A program made the position numbers and the translations under genes. Positions 12,770 to 25,610 of a DNA stretch of 64,000 bases are shown one piece after another. The stretch is from Pocillopora damicornis (lineage: Eukaryota): NCBI RefSeq assembly GCF_003704095.1, contig NW_020844967.1, forward strand, positions 1 through 64,000. The letters are read 5' to 3'. Each line of letters begins with the position of its first letter. The stretch's first letter is position 1. A model generated the notes under the pieces. It was given only the letters and a program-made list of their open reading frames with translations. It was not told the origin of the DNA and did not search any database.

Positions 12770-15176
12770 GACCAGTTGTGAACTGAAGAGGAATGTAAAA
12801 ACGGACTGTGAAACGATCCCTGAAAACCTCTATTGCACATCACTAATTACCGTATAAAATTTTATTTGCTGTTATTTTAAATTTATCTTCATTCAGCTAA
12901 AATTAAGCTTACCTCCTTCAAAAATGTTTGTAATCAGCAAGAACGATCGTATCTAATGCTCCTTGCCTTTAAATCTTATTTTAGTTTTATTTTTTTCTTT
13001 CCATTTTTTTTGGAGAAAGAGGTCAACTTGACACTATTTCAAGATCATTTAAAGATCAGTAGCTTCCATATCCTAACAGGTTTCGAAAATTTTTCCGATG
13101 CAAACTGACACTTCTACATTGTTAGGGGGAAGGTTATTGCCAGTGAGGTTAAAGAAGGTCACCTGTAAAACCCAACTGAGCGAAAAAAACTCCCCCTTTA
13201 TTCAAATTTACGAACAAAAAAAAACGTTAAGTATACCGTTTACCTCTTGTGCGTAGCTCGCGACTTAATCCCAACATAAGAGAACCCTTTTGATGATCTT
13301 ACCTCTTTATGTTTTTGGAGTCTTGAAAAGAGTTATGGACGAAAGGTCAAGTCCTGTTATGCCCCTGAAATGACAGTAGCAGAGTCCTGCATTATCAGAT
13401 ATTTATTGGAGGCAGACAGCGTACAAACATGACCTGCGCAAGGGAGGTGGGCTTGTCAAAGAGATTACGTCATGTAACTCAAACCCACGGATTCTTTTTG
13501 TGATTGGCTCCTTCAGTGAGCCCATGAAACAAAAAAGAAAAGATGCTCAGAGAATAAGGAAACTGTATCTTGATTGACATGAAATTATAACCAGATTTTG
13601 GATAAATTTTCTAGTGATTAAAGAAACGCTCAAATGAAGCGCAGTTTCTTGAATGGAAGCCCAGGGAATCAATTATTAACCCACATTGCCATAGAAGCAA
13701 ATGGCAAAAGAGGATTTACTGACATATGCTCTTTCGCATTTCGTCAACGGGCTAGATCAAATATTTTGTCTCCTACTGTCAAGTCAAGCAAATTATTGAC
13801 AAAAACCCACATTTCATAACATGTGGGATGTCTGAGTTGAGTAATAACTGTCAAACAGCGACCAACCAAGCGTGATATTTACCGAGCAGCTGGATTAAGT
13901 AATTCCTTGTAAAACATAATGCATCATTTATAAAAGGACAAAAATAGGAACAAAAGCAGACTGTGAAAGACTCAGATCTAAAACGATTTTTTCCGTGACA
14001 AGATAGAGAATATCCAAGATTACAGGTGAGGAGATGATGCATCCTAGTTTATAGATTTACCTTTAAAAATGTGTATTCAGAGGAGTGTAAAGACAATCCA
14101 CAACTACCTGTCGAATGGCGTCAGCCAAACGTGTGTATTTTAGCCCTCATATCTATAAACAAAGCTTTTAGCTTTTAGCTTTTAAGTTTTTGTTTAGTCT
14201 CGGCGCTAATTGATTAGTAACAGCGTCATAACGTGGCTGATCTCTGTTTCCGAAGCCCGAAACTAAATCCAACTCTTAAGGAATTTCTGTCAATTCTTAA
14301 AAGTCAATTTTAAAAAGCAAAAGTTTTAGCCTTGTATGACGAAATGTGCACTTAAGTGTGATTATAGTTTAGAGAAAAGTCAAAGGAAACCCATAGAATT
14401 CTATTTTATGGCTTTTCGTGAAAAGTATGGGCAGGTTCTCAAAGCCAAGCTTGATTAGAAAATAATAGCAAACTCGAGTTAATGAACTGAAGATAGAGAA
14501 ATTGAAAGGAGTAATCATAGAGTGTCCTCGAAGGCCTTTGGAGAGGATAATAAGGCCCAAAGATTTGCCACAAAGATGTGATTTCGTTTTCCGTGATAAC
14601 CAAAAATTACCTAGGACTGTATATCGAAAGAGCCATTTTCCTCACCAATTCAAAACAATCGTTTAAACATCAGTTCTGAGAATTTTCAAATGTTCTTCTA
14701 GAACATCCCTTCCTTGTTTCGCCATCATTGACTGCATGAATTTAAACCTCTACGCAATCAGTAGAATCGTATGTTAATATTTCCCAGTTTATTTTCACAG
14801 CTTACATAAAGGAAAGGGTTTTGTATTATTTTTACGAGAAAAACGAATAATAAGCTGAATTTGTAATTAGTCTCGCTAATTTCAAGCTGTTCACAGGTGT
14901 TAATTTAGTTATTGATTCACTAAAAGAAAATCTGTTTTCTATACAAAGAACACCAGCAATACATTTATATATCTTTGTTGTGAAAAATGTGCTAAGAAAT
15001 ACGAAAATGAACTTTGATTTATTCATACAAGAATACTTTTAAGTTCTAAACAAATAATAAGCAGATGAAATGTTTTGTTAATTTTACTCATAATGATAAA
15101 CAAACTGGCATACTCTTTTTTTCAGAGCGTTCTCTCTCGAACTTGTGCACTTCACCTGTAACAGCATTTCCGCAAA

Positions 15177-15695
15177 ATGAGACTCANNNNNNNNNNNNNN
15201 NNNNNNNNNNNNNNNNNNNNNNNNNNNNNNNNNNNNNNNNNNNNNNNNNNNNNNNNNNNNNNNNNNNNNNNNNNNNNNNNNNNNNNTTATGGATGTCCAT
15301 CCATGTGTGCTCCAGCTTGTGAACCAACGTGTTGTGCCCCACCCCCACCCCCTCCACCACCACCATGTCCCGTCCCCGTTCCTGTGCCGTGCCCACAACC
15401 AGGACCCCCAGGACAACCAGGGTGCATGGGACCACCCGGACTTCCCGGATGTCGTGGATTCCCCGGTAGTCCAGGATGTATGGGACCAATGGGACCAATG
15501 GGACCTCCCGGAGCACCCGGATGCCCCGGTCTACCCGCTCCACCCCCACCGCCTTGTCCCCCCATCTGTATCCATCATTGTATGAAGATTTGCCCTCAGC
15601 CATGCTGCACTCCACCACCTGTGTACATTCCTCCCCCTCCACCACCACCTATGCCAGTTTGTGCCCCGGCTTGCGCTCCTGCTTGCTGTAAATAG
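15177..15695 (+). CDS. Minicollagen B (paralogue of A); signal/propeptide hidden in the assembly gap
   Basis: After the gap: YGCPSMCAPACEPTCC, polyPro, 15 Gly-X-Y, CPPICIHHCMKICPQPCC, CAPACAPACCK*. Candidate ATG at 15177 (MRL) follows an acceptor tttttttcag ending 15125. AATAAA near 15859. Confidence 0.9.
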   Translation: MRLXXXXXXXXXXXXXXXXXXXXXXXXXXXXXXXXXXYGCPSMCAPACEPTCCAPPPPPPPPPCPVPVPVPCPQPGPPGQPGCMGPPGLPGCRGFPGSPGCMGPMGPMGPPGAPGCPGLPAPPPPPCPPICIHHCMKICPQPCCTPPPVYIPPPPPPPMPVCAPACAPACCK

Positions 15696-16793
15696 AGCGT
15701 TTGAAATCTGGAGAAGAGAGTTTTAGATCGATGACGTGCCCTGTGGGCAGAATAACAGACCAGTGGTTTGGATTTTTGATTTCATGTTTTCAGCCCTGAC
15801 TTCCTGAGGAACAAAAACTCGTATTGAAATTATTTCTGTTTGATACATTGAAAAAAATAATAAACATCAGTTTCCAATATCGTGTGGCCTTCAACTGAGC
15901 TTGTAAATGAGAGCCGATGGCAAGAATGGTAGCTTGCATCACATCATTAAAGCGTGATACGGTAGCTCTCTACAATCAAAAGGAAGGAGCCTAAATATTG
16001 ATGAAACTAGCGGCAGTGAACAAATTGTAATCCGTTTTTGTGAGACTCAAACCCTAAGGGCTTTTTATTTAAACAAAGTTTAGTCGTTATTTAACAAATC
16101 CTCAATTTGGCTGAACCTTTTCTCTGAACGTTACTTTGTGAACAGTGTCAGTAGGGCCGAAAGCTAACAGTGGAAGGACTTTTATTTAATTAAAAAAATC
16201 TTCTTATCGAGAAAGCCTGAAGCCCACTGATTGGAATAAACCTTGGTTTGGTTTAGATAAATAACCGACCAAAATTTTCATGCAGAGTAGAAATGTTTCC
16301 TGTTCATGGTTGCAGTGAGAGCTTAGCTGGGAGAAAATTGAAGAAGGAGGACTATTTACTGTTTATACTATTCTACAAAAAGGCTATCTTTCGTGCAGAA
16401 CATAGGCACTGGTGTTTCAGTCCAAGCCTTTTCACCTGCCCATGCGGGAGGGGTTCCATTCCCAGCAAATGCAAAACTTATACTTTTTATTTAAATTCGA
16501 AAAAACAGAAAAAATATTCGAAGAAGATTCAAGAGCCAGCCGATGGTTGAGACGAAACAATCATTAGAATCATGAGCTCTCTTCCTCTGTTGTTCAGAAT
16601 GCACTGGCATATAGATTGTTTTAATTTTGTCTTTATTTGAAAAAAACAGTGAGGATAAAAGTTAGCCGTAAGATCATTTCTTCAGTTCATTTTAACCCCT
16701 GTCATGCAGCAAGAGTCCACAGTTTTTCCACCTTCATAGCATGTTTATTCAAGCACAAACTCTTACAAAAGCAAGAACAACAGCTTGATTCAT

Positions 16794-17437
16794 TCAGTTA
16801 CTGACGGTACTCTTTTTGTCTTCTTTGTCTTCATTACCCTCTTTGGATTCTTCTGCAGGTTTGTTTTCCTTGGGCTCAACATGGGTCGTACAGCCGGGGT
16901 ATCCGCAGTTGTAATTCCAGTAGTTGTATCCGTAGGGGTAGTGGTAGGGGTATGGGTAATTGTAGGGGTATGGATAGTGAACAGTAGCGGGGGCCTGGTG
17001 CACTGCTGGATGTAAAGCTGGGTGTACTACTACAGGCGCAGTGACGGGTACATGGGGGTGTTGATATGGGTAGGGGTAGTGGGGGTAGCCGTAGGGATAA
17101 TTTCCATATTGCCAGGGGTATGCGAAATGTCCATAGCCGGGGTAGTAGACACCTGGCTGTTCTAAAAAGCAAAAACAAAAAACAAAAACAAAATTAACTG
17201 ATTAACTGGAAAGCTTATAGATTGACTGTCTTGAAAATAATTCGAAAGTAAAGTTATACCTTTGCTGGCCTTATCCTGTTTCACTTCATCTGATTGGCTC
17301 TGAACACTGACTTGCTGTGCAGCCTGGGCTGGGTTTTGTTGATTTGCGTTTATTTCCAGTGAGCTAAGAGCCCTGGAATCCACCACAGCAAAGAAAGCCA
17401 CGGCCACAAGGCAACCGATCACAGCTGAGGTCATCAT
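16794..17437 (-). CDS. Secreted Tyr/Pro/His-rich orphan protein A, ~181 aa, 2 coding exons
   Basis: Exon 17260-17437 (signal MMTSAVIGCLVAVAFFAVVDS plus Q-rich linker), phase-1 intron, exon 16794-17161: EQPGVYYPGYGHFAYPWQYGNYPYGYPHYPYPY...HYPYPYNYPYPYHYPYGYNYWNYNCGYPGCTT plus an E/K-rich tail. Confidence 0.85.
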
Positions 17438-20265
17438 GTCTATCAGGATAATGAATAGACAGAATTGAAAATTGTAAAAATTCTAAGGTACAATAGCCAT
17501 AACGAATCGATTTCCGTCAGCCCTCGTGGCGATTTTCCCGTTTCCTTTCAAAAAGGCAGAAATCGCACACTGGAAGGCTAAAGCGAGTCAAAAGATAAAA
17601 TCGCCCCACCATCCGCGCGCGCCTCATGCTTCTCCACTTGGATTAAAGGAAACGGAAAGGACTGATACACGTGTTAATTTTTGAAAGATTCAGCTACTTT
17701 TTGACATTCTAAAATATATTATGAAGTTGATCGTCATGGTGAAAAAGAATTCGAACATATTGTCATGGGTTGTGGTAGGGATGAAAAGGTTTAGGTTAAA
17801 TGAACGGAATTCGAATCACAAACTTTCGATCTCGTGATCGAGTCTACGCCGGAAAGTTCTGTGAACGTAAGAGGTATAGCATCATATCGCGAGTTCGGAA
17901 GTTCTGAGGTTGAGTCCCCAAAGAGCAAACGCATTTTTTTCCTCATGAAAATTCTATACAAACGCACCAAACCTTTCTCCACACAGGTTACTGTCGCGAA
18001 ACCTACTTAATAAGCAAACTCAGAGTGTAGTTGATAGATTACGACAGCTACATACCTCATAGATTTTTAGCTGATTATTATTTATATAGCACTTTGGAAG
18101 AGTAAATAAATTCACAGTTTCCTATTTTTTAAAGGTGGAAAGTGCTTTTGTTAAGGACTGTCATGAGTTGGTACATGGAATGATATCTTCATTATAAAAT
18201 AAACGTGGCTATACACGTATTCTAGAATTATCACATCTACCCATTTACATGAGTGAGAGAACTGAAAATATAAGTCCTGATCATTTTGGAAGGTTTAGAA
18301 ATGTTTTCTAGACTTAGCATGCTTATTATGAACCAAGAAAGCCGCACAATGGGGATGAGAATTCCTAGTAAAATAAATGTCTAAAAAAAATTGTGTTGTA
18401 CCAATGTAATTTGAGTCTTGATTCGTATCAGAGAGCAAAGTCATTTTTTTGACAAAGCTGGAGAAACAGGAGATTGAAGATTCCACATAATTTTAAAGCC
18501 TCTTTTAAACTAATTTCTTTCAGCTACAGACATTGTTTAACTCAGTTTGCTATAAACCAAATGGAAAAAAGGCGTAAACAATGTTCTCCCTTATTTTGAT
18601 GAACAGCTAGGGAAGCTATTGTAGATGAAAGAATGGACCGTACTCACCAATATCTTTCTGTTTCCTTCGACTCCAACGTTTCCTTCTACAAAATCTGATG
18701 ATTAACTCGGATCGATTAAATATGAAATATAATCACTCGCACCCACAGAAGCTAGAACGCGTCTGATTGGCTAATTATGAAGTATTATGTCAACTGACAA
18801 TTGTGAATGAGTAAATAGACTAGTGATTGTTGACACCTTTTTATCAAAGGAGAACAACTTTTGTTTGGTGTCCAACACCTCCGCGTATAAACAAAATATT
18901 TGTAATCCAACACATCTGAACAAAAAATGTGTGTATCCCGGATTATTGAGGAGGTTTTTCAATAAGTTTTCATGAAATGCTAGTGGAAAAAAAGACAAGA
19001 CAAGATTCGATTTTTTCACTTATTCGTGTTGTTTATAAACCAAATGCAAAGAGTAATGCGAAGAATCAAATAATTGGGTAATTTCTAAAGCTCAAGAAAG
19101 TCTGCGGTGGCCAATTTACTTTATCAAATCATCTGATTAAACCATGTATTTTTTAAATACCCTCCGACACAGTAGCAGCACAGTTTCATTAGAAATTTAA
19201 CCCCTTCATTTTAATGATTAGGTGCCTCGTTGCTTTAAAATTAGCTTTAAGCTTGAAGCAGACATTTATTCGGAGAAGGCAATATGCTCCTCTCTTCAGG
19301 ACCACCAATGAGTTCGTCAATAGCAAATGAGGAGAATTTTCATGAAACAGGTGCTTTAACGCCTCAAGGTTAATCTACTATGCTATAATATTATACTATA
19401 AAATATGTTGGGGAGAATCTATCGAATAATAGAAGAGACTTTAGCCATGATAGAAATCTAAGACCACGTGATTCACATTTTGGATTGGATTTGAATATAC
19501 ATTGTTTCTTCTGAATATGTTATTTTTAGAGTTATTTGACACAATTTCCAACACTCAAACCGTGGTCAGAATCATCTAAGTAAAGCTTTGTCTTTTGATA
19601 AGTGGAATGTGCGGAAGGGGACAAGGTCAGGCTCACAAATCCTTGCTTACTGTATCCTGCGTCTTTCCGTCTCTTTCCAGCAGCCTTCCACTCACCCCTC
19701 TCCTCTTCGCCCCAGGTGTCCTGATACTCTCTTAAGTGTGCCTCAAGTTTGCGTTGGTCCGGTTGCAGGTAAAAAGGAAGGCTTTTACACACAAGTCAAT
19801 CATATTGAAATTNNNNNNNNNNNNNNNNNNNNNNNNNNNNNNNNNNNNNNNNNNNNNNNNNNNNNNNNNNNNNNNNNNNNNNNNNNNNNNNNNNNNNNNN
19901 NNNNNNNNNNNNTTTTTTTGGTCCTTTTTATCCCCTAAAGCGTCCCCCTCGATTAAGTGCCCACCTTTCAATAAGCGCCTCTACTTTTTGCCGAAGTTTT
20001 AAAGAGGTACCCTGGGTCTTATTCGAGGAAATACGATACTTTGTAATTACGTTGTAAATATAATAGTAATAACCTTAGTATTTTTATTTTAAAAGTAATT
20101 ACTTCCCCCTTCCGAAAAGAGATACTGACAGCGAAAACTATAATGCAACAGGTTAATTATTGTAAAGAAGGAGGAAGTAAGAGCGTTGTATGATAAAACG
20201 GACGATTAATTTTTACGTGCTTTTGTAGAGAAATACGATGGAGATGGAGAAATTATCCCTGGAAC

Positions 20266-22605
20266 TTAGTTATACATAGCTGAGCTTGCAGCAGCTGAAA
20301 GAAAGGAATTGCTTTGATCACAATTTTGAGGAATGTTGTTACTGTAAGGAAACTGTAGACTCCGTGGAGCCTCCCCGCAAATATTTTGTATAGGACCTGA
20401 ATTTTGAATGCAGTGTACCATGAGAGCTGGAGTGATACACCTTGCAACGTTCTTCTGAGACTCCTTCTTCAGCTTCATGCGGTACCGTTTGTTCTTGAAC
20501 CAGTTCTAGAACGAAACATACAGAGGTAAAGAACGGCACGATTAACCCAGAAGCCTATTCTGGATTTACTGATATAAAGGGCCTGGTTGCTTGGCCGGGC
20601 CTACACTTTGGCTTAACTTTTTCAGAAAATCGGTCATTCTAATTGACCGTTGTAATATTTCACGTGTCGTGGGAAATGACTGTTAACGATTATTTTCTGG
20701 AATTTCTAGGACGTTTAGTTGCGATGTTGCAGCTGTTCAACACACGGCTGTCGCCTGGGTTCCCATGCGGGACATACGGGAAATCCTAGATTTTGAGCAT
20801 GTGCAGTGGAAACATTCTTGAACCGCCAAGCTAAAGCCTGTCTATTTCATTCACTTTTTTTTTCTCGATTTTGAAGCGTCACTTTATTGTAAACATTCAG
20901 TTAGAATTTTCTCGAAGCCTTCTTGAAGGAGTTTGTATTAAAAGTTTTGATTTTACAGGTTGTCACCGTTCGCAACAACATTAACTTTAAAATTAAGCAT
21001 ATTTCTCAACTTGCTCCTCCTGGGGTTACATTTTTTAAAATCTTACCTGCAAAGCTGGTTTTGGTATCCCCAACACAGCAGCTACCTCCATACACTGGTT
21101 GGAAGTCAGGTACGGTGATCTAGCAAACAGTCGCTCCAACACGTTTTTCTGATAATCTGTCAGCCTCCCTCGTGTTCGCAGTCGTGGGTAAGACTTCGGT
21201 GCAGAGGCCTGGCTGTTTACATCAGCTACTTGAGCGGTATCGCCTGTGTTGATAAATTCTGCAGTTAACCATTTAACTATCAAGATCTTATCGGTTAATT
21301 CTTCCCTGTAACCACACATTTCCTTTGAGTTAGATACGAGAATTTGTTTATTTGAGTATTTTCATTACCTGTTTACTGGATGATGTATGAATATTATAAA
21401 GAGAAGTTACGTGTTAATCACCTCTGGAGTAGAACATCTTTCGTTTTTAAATTTCAAGTTACAATTTTTTCTCTTCCTCTTACATTCACGTGCAGCGCAC
21501 ATGATTTCACAAATTAGCCAATCATGTCAAAGAACTCCAACTTTGACATTGGAAAACTGACGTGGACATTTTTTCGCGTACTTTTTGTTTTTGCGGAGTT
21601 TAGTTTGTTGTTTTGAGCTTTCGTTCGCGTAAATTTGTTACTCCTTTGCTTGGAATTTTAAGACGTTTCGGAGTTTTTATTTTAGCTAAATATTGTGGTT
21701 CATTTAAAAAGTTTGATACGTATTTTCTACAAAGTTTGGACTCTAGTCTCTTTTTTCGTGGATGGATTTTTTACATCTGGGAGTTAAAGGGTTAACTTGA
21801 TTAGGGTAGATAATGAGTCACATCTAGTGGGTATTTCTTCGTTTTGTGGAGGAAAGGCTCTCGAAAAAGCGAAAGAAAATGTTAAAACGAGGAGAAAGAA
21901 AAGAATCAACCCAGTAGCTTCAGACATCGAGCATAATAATCGAGATGAGGTCATGGCGGATGCAAATAAATTCTCTCACCGCCATGCGCTTCTTTGCCTA
22001 TGGATTTATAAGTGAAATACACCTTAGAATCTAAAGTAAGTTTTCAATCATTTTAAAATCAAGGGTATTGCTAGTTTCCAGGTTTACATCGTCCTTCATT
22101 ATCATGTTGACGGATAACGAATTTCCCCACGTTTGGAAAAATAGCCGTACTTAAAGTTTACTTTTTTTAAGATACAAGACACGACCGTTTTGGTCGTGTT
22201 TATGAGGGAATCACAGGGTGGTAGAAATCCCCTGACTTATACCAAGAGAGAAAGTTTTTGGTTTTTTGAAAACATCTTGAAAATACAAAAACCATTCAAA
22301 CAAACCAAAAAACGTTGTAATAAACTCAACAAGTTAATTTAGCGTGTTGCTTTGATGGACTTCCACCTTGTTTGATCTGAAGTTTTGGTTCATACTTCAT
22401 ATTTTTTCCAACGCAAGCTCAAGCAATTGAATGTGAGCAACAGAATATTCGTTGGCAGGCAACACTTTAGAGTAAGCTTGCCGTGGATTCTGCACTTACC
22501 AGAAAAGGATCTCGGCGGTAACGGATTCAGCGGGTTGAACGGATCGACGTCAATTGCATGTGAATCTCTACCATTTTCTGGTACTGGTTCAAATAATTCT
22601 GCCAT
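20266..22605 (-). CDS. Divergent homeobox protein A (K50), ~170-180 aa
   Basis: Homeodomain RLRTRGRLTDYQKNVLERLFARSPYLTSNQCMEVAAVLGIPKPALQ|NWFKNKRYRMKLKK split by a phase-0 intron 20506-21046. Exons 20266-20505 and 21047-21243; probable first exon 22500-22605 (MAELFEP..., G|GTAAGT, phase 1). An alternative start at ATG 21319 is possible. Confidence 0.85.
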
Positions 22606-23893
22606 TGCGACCAAAAAATAACTGTTTCGGAATTTTAAAATTGAGAGTTGGTGTGCTCCCTATAATTGCTTGGAGAGAAATGTTTTGAAATTGCACAGTG
22701 GTGCAGTGGCTGATTTAAGCAAAATAATGACGTACCTAGGTATTTGTTTTGAAAATAAATAATGCGCTATTCGCTAAAGGATTGATTTTCTAGCGTAAGG
22801 TTGAAGCGTCATTGAAACCGAGTGAATATCTGTTCTGCATGTATAATGACATCATTAAAACAGCAATACGTCATTTAATCAATTTTGAAGTCAATAAGCG
22901 AATTATTATTAACAAACAGTTGGTTTCTCAGCCACGGATATTACAATCTGATCTCAGCATATCTTTTTCGGAAATATGTTGACGAAATGAATGCTAAAAG
23001 CTTTCTAACTTGTGAGATGAATCAGTTTCTTCTTGGATAAAAATTGGTTATCGCAGCATTGACGGTAAGCAACATTTACATATCGCATAGTTATTCAGTT
23101 TTATCAGTTTGTGCCGTGATTTTACGTAATAAACGAAACTAAATGAAATATCCATAATTAACACCTGATTCAATGGTGCTAATAATAACAATTTTGATTA
23201 ATTACGACGGATTTTGAAAGTGAAAAACAAACGTCAAGAATTCAGATCAAAACAACGAATTTACAGGGTAACCAACCAAATGTTTTGGTATCAGACAGGT
23301 TCGAGAGACCCAAAGTACCATAGATTTCCGAAATCGTGGTTTTAAAACGTAATTAGACTTAGTTCAGACTGGATCCCTTTGCCAACAATGCTATCATTTC
23401 AGACAAATATATCGTGTTTACACGTTCGTTTTAATATTGTTATGGCCATATTATTGCAATCATTGTTATGTATATTTTAATTTTTGTTTGCAAAACGAAG
23501 AGGTAGGTAATTAGGTAATTAAGGCTGATTAAAGTCTAATTAACCCATTCCTTATTATTCGAGGTAATTGATGCTTCGCTGAGTGTTATGTAACAGGTAA
23601 ATTATCCAATACGATTGGTACATACTTCGTATGAAATAATGCATGTTGTTATGTTGAGCAGTTAAAATGTCATTGGTAAGTTGAGTGGCTGATCTAACGA
23701 ATAAAAACAATTAGCTGCAAATTAGCGATTAATTAGCTATATGTGACCTCACAACAAAAATCAACGAATCAGCAAATGTTTACATTTATATTTTTGGAAT
23801 TAAGATATGGTATGAAATAACTTTACATAGCTGTAAAGCAAATGAATTGGAATCAGCCATCACCACAGGGAGACGGTTTGGTTAAGTTTAAAA

Positions 23894-24579
23894 ATGTCAA
23901 CTTCATCCTTTGTCGAAGAAATTGTCTCAATGGAAGGAAAAATGTTGGCTGATGAAATTGTAAAAGGTAGATTTACACAATGTGTTGTAGCAGTCCCCAT
24001 AAAGCGGATATTTACCAAAAAAAAAGAAGAGGACATCTATATATTTAGCGGAAAATGAAGTCCAGTCAAAACTCTCTGCTTCTTGAGTTATCGAACATGT
24101 CCAATAATTTAACATGATCATTAAATTATCGCATCGAATCGAATTAAAATCTGCATGGAAAAATTTGGTTGACTTGATTTCTATTCAAATTCAGTCGTAG
24201 GTACCAAGCCAGGCTGTAGTCTTAAGCCAAGTGGAAAACCGCGATCGAGGTTTAATTCTCATCAAAAACAAATTTTGGAGCAAGTGTTTCATCTGTCGCC
24301 ATACCTTGATTCCATTGAGCAGGCACAGATGGCCGAGACTTTGGGCATTCAAAAGACGGCGCTGCAGGTATTTATCGAAAAAAATTGAACATTTACTTTT
24401 TCTGATACTGACGCCCCGTTTGTTTTTGTCTTTAGAACTGGTTCAAAAACAAACGATATCGTCTAAAGAAGAGACAAGAAGCGGGCGATAAGGAAGTTTT
24501 ACCACAAAATGAAATAAATGACCACTGCAAGGTGGAACCAGGACACGAGGAAAGTTTCAGTTTTGCAAAATTTATTTAA
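23894..24579 (+). CDS. Divergent homeobox protein B (K50), paralogue of A, ~127 aa; absent from the ORF track
   Basis: Exons 23894-23966 (phase 1), 24201-24367 (or from 24195), 24436-24579. Homeodomain SGKPRSRFNSHQKQILEQVFHLSPYLDSIEQAQMAETLGIQKTALQ|NWFKNKRYRLKKRQ with the intron at the same 46/47 position as in A. Confidence 0.85.
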
Positions 24580-25239
24580 CAATGGCGAATCAGACGTCGA
24601 TAACTGCGAAGAGCTCTAGGAAGATTTGTCGGAATCTTCCTTTCCTTTCGCCTTGATACCATGGATATAAACGACGCGCTAATTTGACTAAAATGTTGTT
24701 AAATTGTACTCCAAGACCACCTTTCCTCTAGTTCTAATACTTTCCCAATTTACTTGACTTCTCCTGTGTCTTTAGACGAGTGTTAAATGCTTAAACTTGA
24801 ATGCTCATTTGTTTTAACGTTCAGAGTAATGTCGAAAGTAGTCCATGATTGCATCAGTTTTGCTCTACTTCGCTTAGTGATTGGTCCAGAAAAAGCGCTA
24901 CTTTTCTGGCCGGTATGTAGGACAAGTAGTTTAACTATAATTGTCTCTAAATGTTTTCCCTGACGACTTTTAGCCAAAATTTTAGGTAAACGGTTAAATC
25001 TCTTCACTTAGAAGATGTTTTTCGAAACATATTTTTTTTAAAACAGTAATATAGAATTATGATGAACAATGACCACATTGTGTATAACATAAAATGTTTA
25101 TTGATACAAATTAAAGCTAAGCTATTTATTCTCAGCAAATCTAATGAAACGTAGAAGAGGTAATAACTTGTGTGTAAAGTGGCTTGAACGGTTTTACAAT
25201 CATTAATATCACTTACTGAGCTGCTTGCATTGTATTCTT

Positions 25240-25610
25240 ATTGTAGAATGTAAAGAAAGCGACATAACTTTTAAGTCTGTAAAACATGTTTCGACAGAAA
25301 CTTCTGTCATCTTCAGTTAATTAATGTGCAAAGCGTTGGAAGTTGAAGTATATAGTAAGTAGAACAATGCTAATTATGATAAATAGTGACAACAAGAAAA
25401 GAGGTAAAGGATGAAAGTGTGAGAATTAAAAGGATAGTTTTAGATTTACATGGTGTAATTGTTGATTCAAGGATGGTTTGTTCTCTTTGAATATGAATAA
25501 CCTCTTTTATCTTGAGTTGAAAACCGGTAGAGGCGTGATCTAAAACCGCTATCCGCTGAACGCAAAGCGCGACAATGTGCAGAATCTTTCACATGATGCT
25601 ACGAATGACC
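25240..25610 (-). mobile_element. Penelope-like retroelement 3' fragment with a minimal hammerhead motif
   Basis: Frameshifted GIY-YIG C-terminus-like peptide VLDHASTGFQLKIKEVIHIQREQ/PSLNQQLHHVNLKLSF*, followed by CTGAAGA-tgacagaagtttctgtc-GAAAcatgtt at 25281-25320. Confidence 0.7.

Noticed and set aside
19532-19792. 86-aa charged ORF beside the assembly gap
   Set aside because: No recognisable motif or partner exons; cannot be supported, though an exon truncated by the gap is not excluded.
20716-20838. Alternative homeobox A exon reading ALAWRFKNV
   Set aside because: Breaks the WFxN register; the exon at 20505 gives canonical NWFKNKR matching paralogue B.
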